From the NCBI GenBank assembly GCA_963668675.2, contig CAXXMB010000001.1:352001-416000 (forward strand): a DNA stretch of 64,000 nt, in the 5' to 3' direction. Source of the DNA: an uncultured Desulfatitalea sp. Lineage in GTDB: Bacteria; Desulfobacterota; Desulfobacteria; Desulfobacterales; Desulfosarcinaceae. The translations under genes were made by a program, and so were the position numbers. The notes beneath the pieces were generated by a model. That model saw only the letters and a program-made list of their open reading frames with translations, was not told the origin of the DNA and did not search any database. Positions 21,698 to 32,000 of the stretch are shown here, piece by piece. Positions within the stretch are counted from its first letter, which is position 1. Every line of letters begins with the position of its first letter.

Positions 21698-21919
21698 CTT
21701 ATTTTTCCCTTTGTTGCAATTTTCAAACACAAACGCTTGGAGACACTAATCTTTCTCTATGGCCCTTTTCCCCGAAAAATCAAACAACAGAACAACGTGT
21801 TTCATCTCCATCAATTTTAGCAATGGATACGACAGTCCTTTACCCGCAATGAGCAGAGGGAAATTACAGGAGAAAGGTTAGCAGGTGATGAGCAGATTCC
21901 ATGGCTTGTTTCTTACGTG

Positions 21920-21961
21920 CAAAATGAAACCCCCATCTGGTCAACCACCAAATGAGGGGGT
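21920..21961 (-). terminator. Terminator-like hairpin downstream of the response regulator / in the fusA leader
   Basis: Minus strand ACCCCCTCATTTGGT..ACCAGATGGGGGT-TTCATTTT. Confidence 0.5.
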
Positions 21962-22037
21962 GATGCCAATGAAAGCCGCGAACATAATGACCTCCGAAGG
22001 GGTTGTCAATAGAAAAGTGAGAAAAACAGTGCGCCTT

Positions 22038-22529
22038 TTAATCGTTCTCATCATCGATGATAATGGCACCATCTTCATCCCGTTTGACTCGGGTGATGCC
22101 CGGCGCCTGTTTTTCGAGAGATGCCATCAATGAGTAGGAACGCTCGCCGAAGCTGCCCTTGCTGTGGTGGTCGAGTGCCTCCTTCACAGCAGTGTGCAGC
22201 TGCTCGCTGTTGCAGGGCTTTGTGAGAAAGCGATATATTTCACCCTCGTTAATCGCTTTGATGGCCGCTTCAACAGAGGCGTGGCCGGTCAGAATCATGC
22301 GCACCGTTTCGGGATAGCGCTCCTTCACAATGGCCAGAAATTCGGATCCGGGCATCCCCGGCATGCGTTCATCGGAGATGACCACGTCGATACGTTGATG
22401 GGTCATCAGGTCCAACGCCTCTGAGGCGGAACGGGCCGCAAAGACATCATAGGGCCCCTTTGCAAGGATGTCCTTGACCACACTGAGGACGAGCGGTTCG
22501 TCATCGACGATCAGCACTGTTGGATGCAT
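22038..22529 (-). CDS. Response regulator (receiver + short tail)
   Basis: IVDDE, ISDERMP, LTGHA, FLTKP. Confidence 0.9.
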   Translation of the reverse strand: MHPTVLIVDDEPLVLSVVKDILAKGPYDVFAARSASEALDLMTHQRIDVVISDERMPGMPGSEFLAIVKERYPETVRMILTGHASVEAAIKAINEGEIYRFLTKPCNSEQLHTAVKEALDHHSKGSFGERSYSLMASLEKQAPGITRVKRDEDGAIIIDDEND

Positions 22530-22744
22530 GGTTTTTCCTTCGGTTTGGCTAGGCAGGCTTCATGTCAGCTTTTTTAACTAAACATCTGTCAATTGCCGCT
22601 GTCAATCCTTTTCGTTTTTGAAATGCCCGCTTGACTAATGCGTGCAGTTTAAGTCAAATATGCGCTTTGACAGAAACACACCATCGCGGTTTCGTTTACA
22701 CCCCCCTGGAAATGAAGCCGGTGACTCACCAAAAGGAGATACGG

Positions 22745-24631
22745 ATGGATATCAGGGAGCATTGCCCCGATAAGGTGGCCACTGCTAAAGAGGCGCTGTC
22801 CCACATAAAAAACGGCAGCCGCATTTTCATCGGTACCGGCTGCGGTGAACCGCAGCATCTGATCCGGTCACTGGTCGCCAACCCCATCATTCAGGATGCG
22901 GTCATCTATCAGATGCTCTCCTTCACCCTCTCGAATTATGTGGATGATCCGAAATTCCTGCGCAGATTCGCCCTTAAACTCTTTTTTATCAGCACCAGTA
23001 TGCGTAAAGCGGCCTTCGAGGGCAAGATCGACTATCTGCCGGCCTATCTCTCCCAAATCCCCAATATGTTCGCCAGCAACCGCATCGGTCTGGACGTTGC
23101 GCTGGTGCAGGTCAGCCCTCCGGATCGATTCGGATATTGCTCTCTGGGGGTCTCGGTCGACATCACCAAGGGGGGATTGGAAGCGGCAAAGATGGTGATC
23201 GCTCAGGTCAATCCGCTGATGCCCCGAACCTGGGGAGACTGCATCGTCCATGTGAACGACATCGATTATTTCGTCGTCCATGAGGAGCCGCTCGTTGAAG
23301 CCGTTTCCCTTTCCAAGAATCAGGAAGTGGCCAGCCGCATCGGATACTACATCAACCAGCTCGTGGACGACGGCGCGACCATCCAGATCGGCTTCGGCCA
23401 CCTGCCCAACGCCATATTGACCTACCTGAATGACAAGAAGGACCTGGGGGTCCACACCCAGGTGATTACCGACGCATTCTTGCCGCTGCTGGAAAAAGAT
23501 GTCATCACCAACAAGAAGAAGACGCTTCTGCCCGGTCGGGTGGTTGCCTCTTTGTGCATGGGGTCTGAAAAGCTCTACCGTTATGTCGATGACAATCCCC
23601 AATTCTACTTCCGTTCATCGGACTTCGTAAACGACCCGACGGTGATTGCCCGCAACGACAACCTGGTCTCCATCTCATCGGCGCTCGAGGTCGATCTAAC
23701 CGGTCAGGTCTGCACCGATTCGATGGGTTATCTCTTCTACAGCGGTATCGGCGATCAGGTCGACTTCCTGCGCGGCAGCGCCATGTCCAAAGGCGGATTT
23801 TCGATTATCGCACTGCCTTCCACCGCCCAGGGCGGAAAAATTTCACGTATCGTACCGCACCTGAGCGAGGGCGCGGGCGTGGCGACCACACGCGGCGACG
23901 TCAACTTCGTGGTCACCGAATATGGGATTGCGGAACTGCAAGGCAAAAGCATCTACCAGCGGGTCATGGAGCTGGCCCAGATTGCCCATCCCAAATTTCG
24001 GGAAGAGCTCGTCGATGTGGCCAAGAAGCGCCACTACATCTTTGGCGACCAGTTGCCGCCGGCTCAGGATGATCTGATTTTTCTGGAGAGTTATAAATCG
24101 AGGGTCACCCTGCGCAACGGAAAGACGATCGAGTTCAGGCCGCTGCTTCCCTCGGACGAGTTCGAATACCGCAACTTTTTCTACTCCTTGAAAGAGGAGA
24201 CCATCTATTTGCGGTTTTTCTACAAGATGAGATTGTTCTCTCACGAGCACGCCCAGCAGCAGTGGGCCAGTGTCGATTATCGTAAAAACATGTCGCTGAT
24301 CGGCCTGACCCAAAAGGGCGGCTACCAGGAGATCGTGGCCATCGGTTCCTATGCGGACGAAGGCACAGGCAGGGCAGAGGTTGCCTTTGTCGTTCGAGAA
24401 GATTACCAGGGCATGGGCGTCACCTCCCATATGCTGCCCCAGTTGGAGAAGATCGCAAAAGAGAACGGTTTTCACGGCTTTATCGCCACAGTGCTTAAAG
24501 AGAACAGGGCCATGCTGAGCGTCTTCAAAAAGAGATACCCCGGAGCGAAGTTGGATGTCAGCGGCGGCATCGACAACACCATCATCATGGATTTCGATGA
24601 TTCGAGCGACTCGTCGAAAGAGAAGGCGTAG
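22745..24631 (+). CDS. Acetyl-CoA hydrolase/CoA-transferase-like domain fused to a Pat-type GNAT
   Basis: SLGVSVD, DGATIQIGFG, EVDLTGQVC, SGIGDQVDF, VVTEYG; C-terminal AEVAFVVREDYQGMG, VLKENRAM; AAGGAG SD. Confidence 0.88.
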   Translation: MDIREHCPDKVATAKEALSHIKNGSRIFIGTGCGEPQHLIRSLVANPIIQDAVIYQMLSFTLSNYVDDPKFLRRFALKLFFISTSMRKAAFEGKIDYLPAYLSQIPNMFASNRIGLDVALVQVSPPDRFGYCSLGVSVDITKGGLEAAKMVIAQVNPLMPRTWGDCIVHVNDIDYFVVHEEPLVEAVSLSKNQEVASRIGYYINQLVDDGATIQIGFGHLPNAILTYLNDKKDLGVHTQVITDAFLPLLEKDVITNKKKTLLPGRVVASLCMGSEKLYRYVDDNPQFYFRSSDFVNDPTVIARNDNLVSISSALEVDLTGQVCTDSMGYLFYSGIGDQVDFLRGSAMSKGGFSIIALPSTAQGGKISRIVPHLSEGAGVATTRGDVNFVVTEYGIAELQGKSIYQRVMELAQIAHPKFREELVDVAKKRHYIFGDQLPPAQDDLIFLESYKSRVTLRNGKTIEFRPLLPSDEFEYRNFFYSLKEETIYLRFFYKMRLFSHEHAQQQWASVDYRKNMSLIGLTQKGGYQEIVAIGSYADEGTGRAEVAFVVREDYQGMGVTSHMLPQLEKIAKENGFHGFIATVLKENRAMLSVFKKRYPGAKLDVSGGIDNTIIMDFDDSSDSSKEKA

Positions 24632-24697
24632 CGGTTATCTCGAAAACGGCTTCTGCCTGTTTCTGAACCATTTTATGACGAAGGGCGTACATGCAGC

Positions 24698-25366
24698 ATG
24701 CAGCAAATCGGTTCCGAGGAGTGGATCGCAGCAGTAATTGAGGGCGCTTCCCGGCTGGGGCACACGGTCACCAAGGACCAAGCCCGTCAAATGGCGCTGC
24801 ATGCGCAATTACTGATCGAATGGAACCGGCGCGTCAATCTGACCGCCATCACCGATCCCATGGGGGTTGCCGTCAAACACTGCCTCGATGCCATTGCCCC
24901 GCTGCATCTGCTTCCAGATGAGGGGGCCTTACTCGACATCGGCACCGGAGGCGGCTTCCCGGGTATTCCTTTGAAAATCCTGCGGCCCGATTTGTCCATG
25001 ACCCTGATTGACAGCGTTCGCAAAAAGATCAGTTTCGTGAACCATGTCATCCGGCAGCTGAAGCTGCTCCAAATCGAGGCGTTGCATGTCAGGGCACAAT
25101 CTCTTGCACTCCAGGAGATTCACAAGGCGCGCTACACGGTAATTGTCTGCCGGGCCCTTTCGGATCTGAAGAGCGCGCTCCAATTGGCGCTTCCCCTTTT
25201 GGCGCCCCAAGGCCGGGTCATCGCCTATCAAGGCCCCAACGACCCTTCCATCGATAAAGTGATAGAGAGCGATATTGGTCGCCTCTTCCTACCCATAGAA
25301 AGGGTTTCCTATCGACTCCCCTTTCTCGGAGATGAGCGAAAGCTTGCGGTTCTGCAGAAGATCTGA
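24698..25366 (+). CDS. rsmG: 16S rRNA m7G527 methyltransferase
   Basis: WNRRVNLTAI, KHCLD, DIGTGGGFPGIPL, KKISF, CRA. Confidence 0.95.
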   Translation: MQQIGSEEWIAAVIEGASRLGHTVTKDQARQMALHAQLLIEWNRRVNLTAITDPMGVAVKHCLDAIAPLHLLPDEGALLDIGTGGGFPGIPLKILRPDLSMTLIDSVRKKISFVNHVIRQLKLLQIEALHVRAQSLALQEIHKARYTVIVCRALSDLKSALQLALPLLAPQGRVIAYQGPNDPSIDKVIESDIGRLFLPIERVSYRLPFLGDERKLAVLQKI

Positions 25367-25421
25367 TGACTGTATAATAAAGCGCAACGCCAGCAACTCA
25401 AATTGGCTGCGCCGTGGAACC

Positions 25422-25543
25422 GGGCGGGCGTGAAGCCCGCCCCTACAAGTCTTTTTCATCATAACGCCGCGTGACTTTATGCAAACATCGTAGGGGCGGG
25501 CCTTACGCCCGCCCGTTGCAATGCCTAAGTCAATGACACCGAC
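25422..25543. repeat. REPIN-like inverted REP doublet (REPs at 25422-25446 and 25490-25514)
   Basis: GGGCGGGC-GTGAA-GCCCGCCC-CTAC, 43-nt spacer, GTAG-GGGCGGGC-CTTAC-GCCCGCCC; right flank resembles the reverse complement of 1981-2010. Confidence 0.85.
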
Positions 25544-25713
25544 CTGAAACGCCCATCGGCACATCTGTTCACATCACCCGAAACTGATGTCGCTTTTATC
25601 ATACGGCTCTGCTGGTGATTCCAGGCGCCTAAAATGCCCAGCGGCATTTCGATCATCGGAATAAGGAAAGAAATTCGGATGTTGGTACCATGTCTGGTGC
25701 CTCTCATGTTTTC

Positions 25714-25728
25714 TGGCACTAGATTTGC
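25714..25728 (+). promoter_or_regulatory. sigma54 -24/-12 promoter
   Basis: TGGCACTAGATTTGC, consensus TGGCAC-N5-TTGC, about 35 nt upstream of the riboswitch. Confidence 0.8.
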
Positions 25729-25761
25729 TTTGTCACAGGTCGGCGTCAGTTCAGATTGAGC

Positions 25762-25858
25762 TGCCCGAAATGGCAAACCATCCGAAAAGGTGGGACGCAA
25801 AGCCGCTGGCCTAAATCCCCGACAGATTGGGGACATGGTAGCAGGGTTGCCGAAGGCA
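25762..25858 (+). ncRNA. c-di-GMP-I (GEMM) riboswitch
   Basis: GGCAAACCA..GAAA..TGGGACGCAAAGC..GGCCTAA..GGTAGC.GGGTTGCCGA; closing TGCC/GGCA pairing. Confidence 0.92.
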
Positions 25859-25921
25859 AACGAGTGCTCCTCCATAGGTTGCATCGGTTGTCTCAAAAAA
25901 TTGCACCTTGGAGGTAGTACT

Positions 25922-28888
25922 ATGTCAGCACGATCAGGCATGGCCGCCAAGAGATCCTTCGTCTGGGTCTTGGCCATCGGACTTCTTTTCACGTTTATCG
26001 CAACCGCACAGGCGGCCCAGGTCACCTTGGCCTGGGATGCCAATGACCCCACCCCGGACGGTTATCAACTCTACCAGAGAACCGAAGGCGGGACATATGA
26101 TTATGCTGCTCCAGCCTGGAGTGGTACCGGTACATCCTGCAGCCTGGACAATCTCGCAGATGAGACCACCTATTACTATGTGGTTCGCGCCTACTCTGAC
26201 GGCAGCGAAAGCGGTGACTCCAATGAGGTCACCTTCCGGTCCGAAACACCTGCACCTCAAAGCCATACCATAACGGCCTCTGCCGGAGCATACGGACAGA
26301 TTACACCCTCCGGAGCGACGACAGTGACCGAAGGTGAAAGCCAGTCGTATGCCATCTCCGCTTTTAACGGTTTCCATATATCAGATGTGACTGTTGACGG
26401 CGTATCTGTCGGTGCGGTTTCGAGTTATACGTTCAATGCTGTGGGTGCAGATCACGCCATCAGCGCCAGTTTTGCCGTCAATACGTATACCATCAGTGCA
26501 ACTTCCGGAAGCAACGGTTCTGTGTCGCCTGCGGGCAGCACCAGCGTGGCTTATAGCGGAAGCCAAGTCTACACCATCATCCCGGCAACCGGATACCATG
26601 TGGGCGATGTGCTGGTCGACGGGGCCTCGGTGGGGGCTGTCGACAGTTACACCTTCAGCAATGTGAGCAGCAGCCACACCATCAGCGCCAGCTTTGCAGC
26701 GAACAGCTATACGATCAGTTCAAGCAGCGGCGCCAACGGTTCTGTGTCGCCTGCGGGCAGCACCAGCGTGGCTTATAGCGGAAGCCAAGTCTACACCATC
26801 ACTCCGGCAACCGGATACCATGTGGGCGATGTGCTGGTCGACGGGGCCTCGGTGGGGGCTGTCGACAGTTACACCTTCAGCAATGTGAGCAGCAGCCACA
26901 CCATCAGCGCCAGCTTTACAGTGAACAGCTATACGATCTCTGCTACCGCCGGTCAGGGAGGATCGATCGATCCCGCCGGACAGGTGACGGTCAACGGCGG
27001 CGGCAGCCAGTTTTTTGCCATCAGTGCCGAAAGTGGCTACGAACTGGAATCGGTCATGATCGATGGCCAAAACATCGGCACCACGACTGGTTATACCTTT
27101 GATCAGGTGGCAGCGAACCATTCGATTTCGGTGCTGTTTAACCAGATCAATCAACAGCCGACGGCCGATGCGGGCCCGGACCAGAGTGTGGATGAAGCCC
27201 AGGAGGTGACCCTGAGCGGACTCAACTCGATGGATTCGGACGATGGCATTGCCTCATTTTCATGGCGCCAGATTCAGGGTGCCGGGGTCGAGTTGAGTGA
27301 TACTGCGAGTGCCGAGACAACCTTCACTGCTCCGGACGTGGACGTTGAGGGTGAGGCCCTGGTTTTTGAGCTGATCGTTACAGACAACAGCGGCGCAACG
27401 GCAGTCGATAACTGTATCGTCAACGTCTCATGGGTGAATGAAGCGCCGACCGCGCAAGCGGGCGCAGACCTGAGTGTGACGGAAGGAGAGCAGGTGTTTC
27501 TGGATGCGGGCAACTCGGTAGATCCGGACAACGGTATCGCAACCTACCAGTGGCGCCAGCTCCAAGGTCCTTCGGTGGTTCTCTCCGACACCATGGCGGT
27601 TCGACCGACCTTTACGGCACCGCAGGTCGATCCCCAGGGCGCTTCGATTCTGTTCGAGCTGACCGTGACCGATGGCGGCGGGTTGCAAGATACGGATCGT
27701 TGCATCGTTACCGTGAGCTGGAGCAATACGCCGCCGACGGCCGATGCCGGTCCGGACCAGCAGGTCGAAGAGGGCCAGGAGGTATATCTGAATGGCTCTA
27801 ACTCCATCGATTTGGATGATGGTATCGCCTCCTACCAGTGGCGACAGACAAATGGTTCCCCGGTAGTACTGTCCGATCCCACTGCGGTGCAACCCACCTT
27901 CTTTGCACCTGATGTGGCGTCCGAGGGGGTTTCCCTTACCTTCCAGTTGACTGTCACGGACAATGGCGGACTGCAGCACAACGACGCCTGTACGGTAAAT
28001 GTCTCCTGGGAGAATGAGGCTCCAGTGGCTGCTGCCGGTGTAGACCAGACGGTCAGCGAGGGGGAGACAGTCCAACTGCATGCTGGAGATTCAACCGATG
28101 CCGATGATGGCATCAGCGCCTATCAGTGGAACCAGATCAGTGGACCTGCAGTAACGCTTTCCGATCCCCAAGGTGTGCAGCCGACGTTCAATGCACCGGA
28201 TGTGGGTCCGGAGGGTGCATCCCTTGCCTTCCAGCTGACCGTGATCGACTTCAGCGGCCTGCAGAGCCAGGACGCGTGCATCGTCAACGTCACCTGGCAG
28301 AACATGCCCCCGATAGCCGATGCCGGTGCCGACCAGCAGGCAACTGCCGGTGAAACGGTCAGCCTCGATGGAACCGTCTCGGCGGATGGGGATGACGGTA
28401 TCAGCAGCTATCGCTGGAAGCAGATCGGCGGTATGCCGGTCACCTTGCAGGATACGAGTGCATCTGCAACCACCTTTATGGCCCCCGACGTTGTCGCGGA
28501 GACCACCCTCGAGTTTGAGCTGACCGTAACGGACAGCGGCGGCCTGCAAAGTGTCGACCACTGCGAGGTAATGGTGCAAGCCGATGCGGCTCCGGTACTG
28601 GACACAACGCCTCCGGAGGTGACGATCACGGATCCGGACGCCGCGTTCGTCTTCATCCGCAAGTCGAATATCACCCTGCGTGGCGTCGCTTCCGATAACA
28701 AAGAGATTGTTCGCGTCGTTTGGCAAAACAGTCGCGGCGGCAGTGGAGAAGCCACCGGTACCACGGCCTGGGAGATCGTCGATTTAAAGTTGAGCCGCTG
28801 GTTCAATACCATCACCGTGACCGCATACGATGCAGCGGGAAACAATCAATCAACCACCCTTCAGGTCTTTGCAGGCATATGGCGATAA
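25922..28888 (+). CDS. Secreted repetitive adhesin-like protein (FN3, 4 InlB-B-like repeats, 5 PKD/K319-like repeats, C-terminal Ig-like)
   Basis: GGAGGT SD; signal peptide ..ATAQA; VTLAWD..YYYVVRAY (FN3); GYHVGDVLVDG..YTF..HTISASF repeats; ADAGPDQ.V..S.D.D.GI..Y.W.Q repeats. Confidence 0.9.
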   Translation: MSARSGMAAKRSFVWVLAIGLLFTFIATAQAAQVTLAWDANDPTPDGYQLYQRTEGGTYDYAAPAWSGTGTSCSLDNLADETTYYYVVRAYSDGSESGDSNEVTFRSETPAPQSHTITASAGAYGQITPSGATTVTEGESQSYAISAFNGFHISDVTVDGVSVGAVSSYTFNAVGADHAISASFAVNTYTISATSGSNGSVSPAGSTSVAYSGSQVYTIIPATGYHVGDVLVDGASVGAVDSYTFSNVSSSHTISASFAANSYTISSSSGANGSVSPAGSTSVAYSGSQVYTITPATGYHVGDVLVDGASVGAVDSYTFSNVSSSHTISASFTVNSYTISATAGQGGSIDPAGQVTVNGGGSQFFAISAESGYELESVMIDGQNIGTTTGYTFDQVAANHSISVLFNQINQQPTADAGPDQSVDEAQEVTLSGLNSMDSDDGIASFSWRQIQGAGVELSDTASAETTFTAPDVDVEGEALVFELIVTDNSGATAVDNCIVNVSWVNEAPTAQAGADLSVTEGEQVFLDAGNSVDPDNGIATYQWRQLQGPSVVLSDTMAVRPTFTAPQVDPQGASILFELTVTDGGGLQDTDRCIVTVSWSNTPPTADAGPDQQVEEGQEVYLNGSNSIDLDDGIASYQWRQTNGSPVVLSDPTAVQPTFFAPDVASEGVSLTFQLTVTDNGGLQHNDACTVNVSWENEAPVAAAGVDQTVSEGETVQLHAGDSTDADDGISAYQWNQISGPAVTLSDPQGVQPTFNAPDVGPEGASLAFQLTVIDFSGLQSQDACIVNVTWQNMPPIADAGADQQATAGETVSLDGTVSADGDDGISSYRWKQIGGMPVTLQDTSASATTFMAPDVVAETTLEFELTVTDSGGLQSVDHCEVMVQADAAPVLDTTPPEVTITDPDAAFVFIRKSNITLRGVASDNKEIVRVVWQNSRGGSGEATGTTAWEIVDLKLSRWFNTITVTAYDAAGNNQSTTLQVFAGIWR
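26512..26938 (+). repeat. Near-identical intragenic tandem duplication, period 222 bp
   Basis: 26512-26716 vs 26734-26938, about 4 mismatches seen. Confidence 0.9.
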
Positions 28889-28911
28889 TGATCTGCTGAG
28901 GGAAAAATCAC

Positions 28912-28990
28912 CGACGGCGGAAGGGGTTCTTCCGCCGTCGTTTTCATAAGCAAGACGGCCAGGGAGGATCTCCCCGGCCGTTCTCTTTTT
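28912..28990. terminator. Two tandem terminator hairpins
   Basis: CGACGGCGGAAG..CTTCCGCCGTCG-TTTT and ACGGCCAGGGAG..CTCCCCGGCCGT-TCTCTTTTT. Confidence 0.75.
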
Positions 28991-29016
28991 GTGGTCTGCC
29001 CGCTGAAAACAGATGG

Positions 29017-32000
29017 TCAGTCAGCTTCCTCGTTCCGGATCGGGAGCGGGCATGCTCCGGTCTCCCCTTGCCGGCGGGCGGCGATGCCTTTGGCGGCTGC
29101 AATGGAGCTGGCCGGGGTCGTAATGTTAGCGATGCGGTAGCGAATGGCCGCTTGGCGGATGTAGCTTCCGTCCTTTTGGCTCTGACCGCCAGTGGGGGTG
29201 TTGATGACCATCTGCACCCGTCCGCTCTTCATCTCATCAACCAGGTTGGGTCGTCCGAAACCGAGTTTGCGGACCACCTTGGATTGAATGCCGTTTTCAG
29301 CGAGCACCTCATGGGTGCCGCGGGTGGCCATAATTTCGAACCCCAGCTCCTGGAAGATGCGCGCCGGCTCAAGCAGGCTGGGTTTGTCTTCGTCGGTGAC
29401 GGTGATCAGCACTGTTCCCTGCAGGGGCAGCGGCGTCTCTGCGGCTTCAAGTGCCTTGAAGTAGGCCATCCCAAACGAGTCTGCCATGGCCAACACGTCG
29501 CCCGTGCTTTTCATGCGGGTGCCCAAAAGCGGGTCCATTTGGGGAAAGACATTAAAAGGGAAGACCGCTGCCCGCACCCCGATACAGGGGGTATTCGAGT
29601 GCCTCTTTGCTACGATCTCCAGAGGCGCCCCGAGAATGAGGTGGGTGGCCAGACGGGCCACTGGAAGCTGGCTGGTCTTGGCGACCAATGCCATGTTGCG
29701 GCTCATGCCATAGGTTGCATCCAGGAGATAAACCGTGTCTCTGTAGATGGCGAAACGCAGATTGAAGGCGCCCCTTGCACCAATTTCCAAAATGACTTTG
29801 CGGGCGTACTCCACAATGGTCTCCGTATGTCGGGGAGCGATGCTGTATGGCGGCGAGACCCAAGCCGAATCCCCTGCATTCACTCCGGCCAGCTCGATGT
29901 GCTCCAGCACCGCAGCCACATGCACCGTGCCGGCATCGCTCAGAACCTCGGCCTGGGCCTCGATGGCAAACTCAAGGAAGCGCTGGATAAAGAGGGGATT
30001 GTCCTGGTCGATGGTGTGCAGATCCATGTACTCGTTAAGCATCTCGCTATTTGAGATCAATTGTGCCTGCTTGACACCATTGGCGTGGGCCGGTTCAACC
30101 AGTAGCGGAAAGTCGATCTCTGCCGATTTGGCCAGTGCTGCCTCCCGGTTGTGGACCAGGGCGGCTGAAGGCTGTGGGATGCCCAGCTCACGAATTCGGC
30201 TCCAGAGGGACGGCCTGCTCTGCAGCAGTTGCACCTGCTCGCCGGAAATGCCCATGATGGCAATGCCAGACCCGCTCAGTTCTGGGACCAATTCGTGACA
30301 GCTGGATCCTGCAAACTGAAAGATGATGCCTCCGGCATTCTCCGCATCAGCCACCGATCGCACGGAGGCCGCAGTGACCGCTTCGCAGTAGCATTTAGCG
30401 GGAAACGACGGCCCGGTGGTGAGGCTGGCAAGATTGGAGTTGATGATAACGGGACGGAAACCGGCTTCCTTTACTGCCTTGGCCGCATGGTAGAGGCCAT
30501 GGTCGCATTCGCTGCCCTGTCCGATCTGTTCGGGACCGCTACCTAATAACAGAATGGTCCCCTTCGCTTGTGAATCGGATGTGTCAGTGAGATTGAACGT
30601 GCTGACGGGCGCAGGGATGTTTGAGGTTGTGCCGGCGGCAGTGCCGGAAGGGTCGCTTTCGAGCTCCTCCTTTACAACGAGTTGAAGCTGTTCGATAAAC
30701 CCTGGCGCAATCTGGGTCCTTTGGGCCAGTTCATCCACCGTAGCGCCGCGGCGGAACGCTTCGCAGACCAACGCCGGTCTTCTGCTGTTCGGTATCGCCA
30801 GCAGGGAATGGAGGCGGTCATCGGTCATCGCCGCCACAGCCGGGGCGTCTGCCTGGCTGTAACGGTTCGTGTTGGATGCATACAGCGCTTTTTGCAGTGC
30901 CTCTTTGAAGCTGCGGCCCAGGGCCAGGCCCTGTCCGACGGATTGCATCTGGGGGCCGAGAAGATCCGAATGCGCTTCCAGTCTTTCAAATTCCCAACGC
31001 GGCCATTTAACCGCGACGATGTCGGTCTTCAAGGGCAGGGAGAGGGCGTAGGGCGATGGAATCCGGGGCCAGGTCAACCCTGCGGACAGAAGGGCTGCGA
31101 TACGCCCGATGGCGATGCCGTATGCACGTGAAACGAGGGCGGAGGTTCTCGTGTAGCGCGGATGCACGGCAAGTATCAGCGATTGGTTCCCTTCCGACTG
31201 ATATGCGAAACGGATGGTGGCACTGCCAACGATATTGAAGTGGTCTGCCACCGTTGCAGCCTGATCCTCCATGTGTTTTCGCATCTGTTCTGCAATGGTC
31301 TGGGGGGGGACGACGCCGATGGCGTCACCGGGGTGGACGTCGGCATTCTGCATATATTCAACGATGCCCACAGCCAGGGTGACACCTTCACCATCCCTTA
31401 GAATTTCCACTTCGGCCTGATGCCAGTCGCGCAGGGATGCCTCCACCGACAGCGTAATGCCATCCTCTTTGGCCATCGGGGCCACCTGGCTGCGCAGCTC
31501 ATCCTGATTGTACACCAGGACGCCATCGGGGATGAGATTGGCATCGTCGCATCTGAGTGTGACCGGGAAGCCGATCTCCTGCGCTTTTTCAATGGCGGAT
31601 TCGACATCGTGAATGGCGTGTACGGCAGGAGTGGCCATGCCGATCTCCGACAGGGTCGATGTCAACGCATCGCGCTCCAAAAGGGCCTGCAGGGACTGAA
31701 TCGGCGTTCCCCATATCTGGGGGCGACGATCGCCTGTCCCGGCGTGCTGTTCCCACAGGACTGCCAGATGGAGACCTGTCCTTCCGCCAAAGATGGGGAC
31801 AATGGCGTCGGGGCGCTCCTCATCAACGATGCGCTCGACCGTTTGTACGGTAAGCGGTTCAAGGTAGGCTCGGTCGACGATGTCGGTATCGGTTAACAGT
31901 GCGTTGGGATTGGCATCCACGGAGACGACCCGGCAGCCGGCTTCCTGAAGTGCAGAGGCGGCCTCTGCAGCGCCCTCGTCGCATTCGGCCGACTGCCCGA

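Noticed and set aside
25762..25858. Geobacter-type 3',3'-cGAMP-sensing GEMM variant
   Set aside because: The position equivalent to Vc2 G20 reads G (TGGCAAA), which favours c-di-GMP; cGAMP variants typically have A
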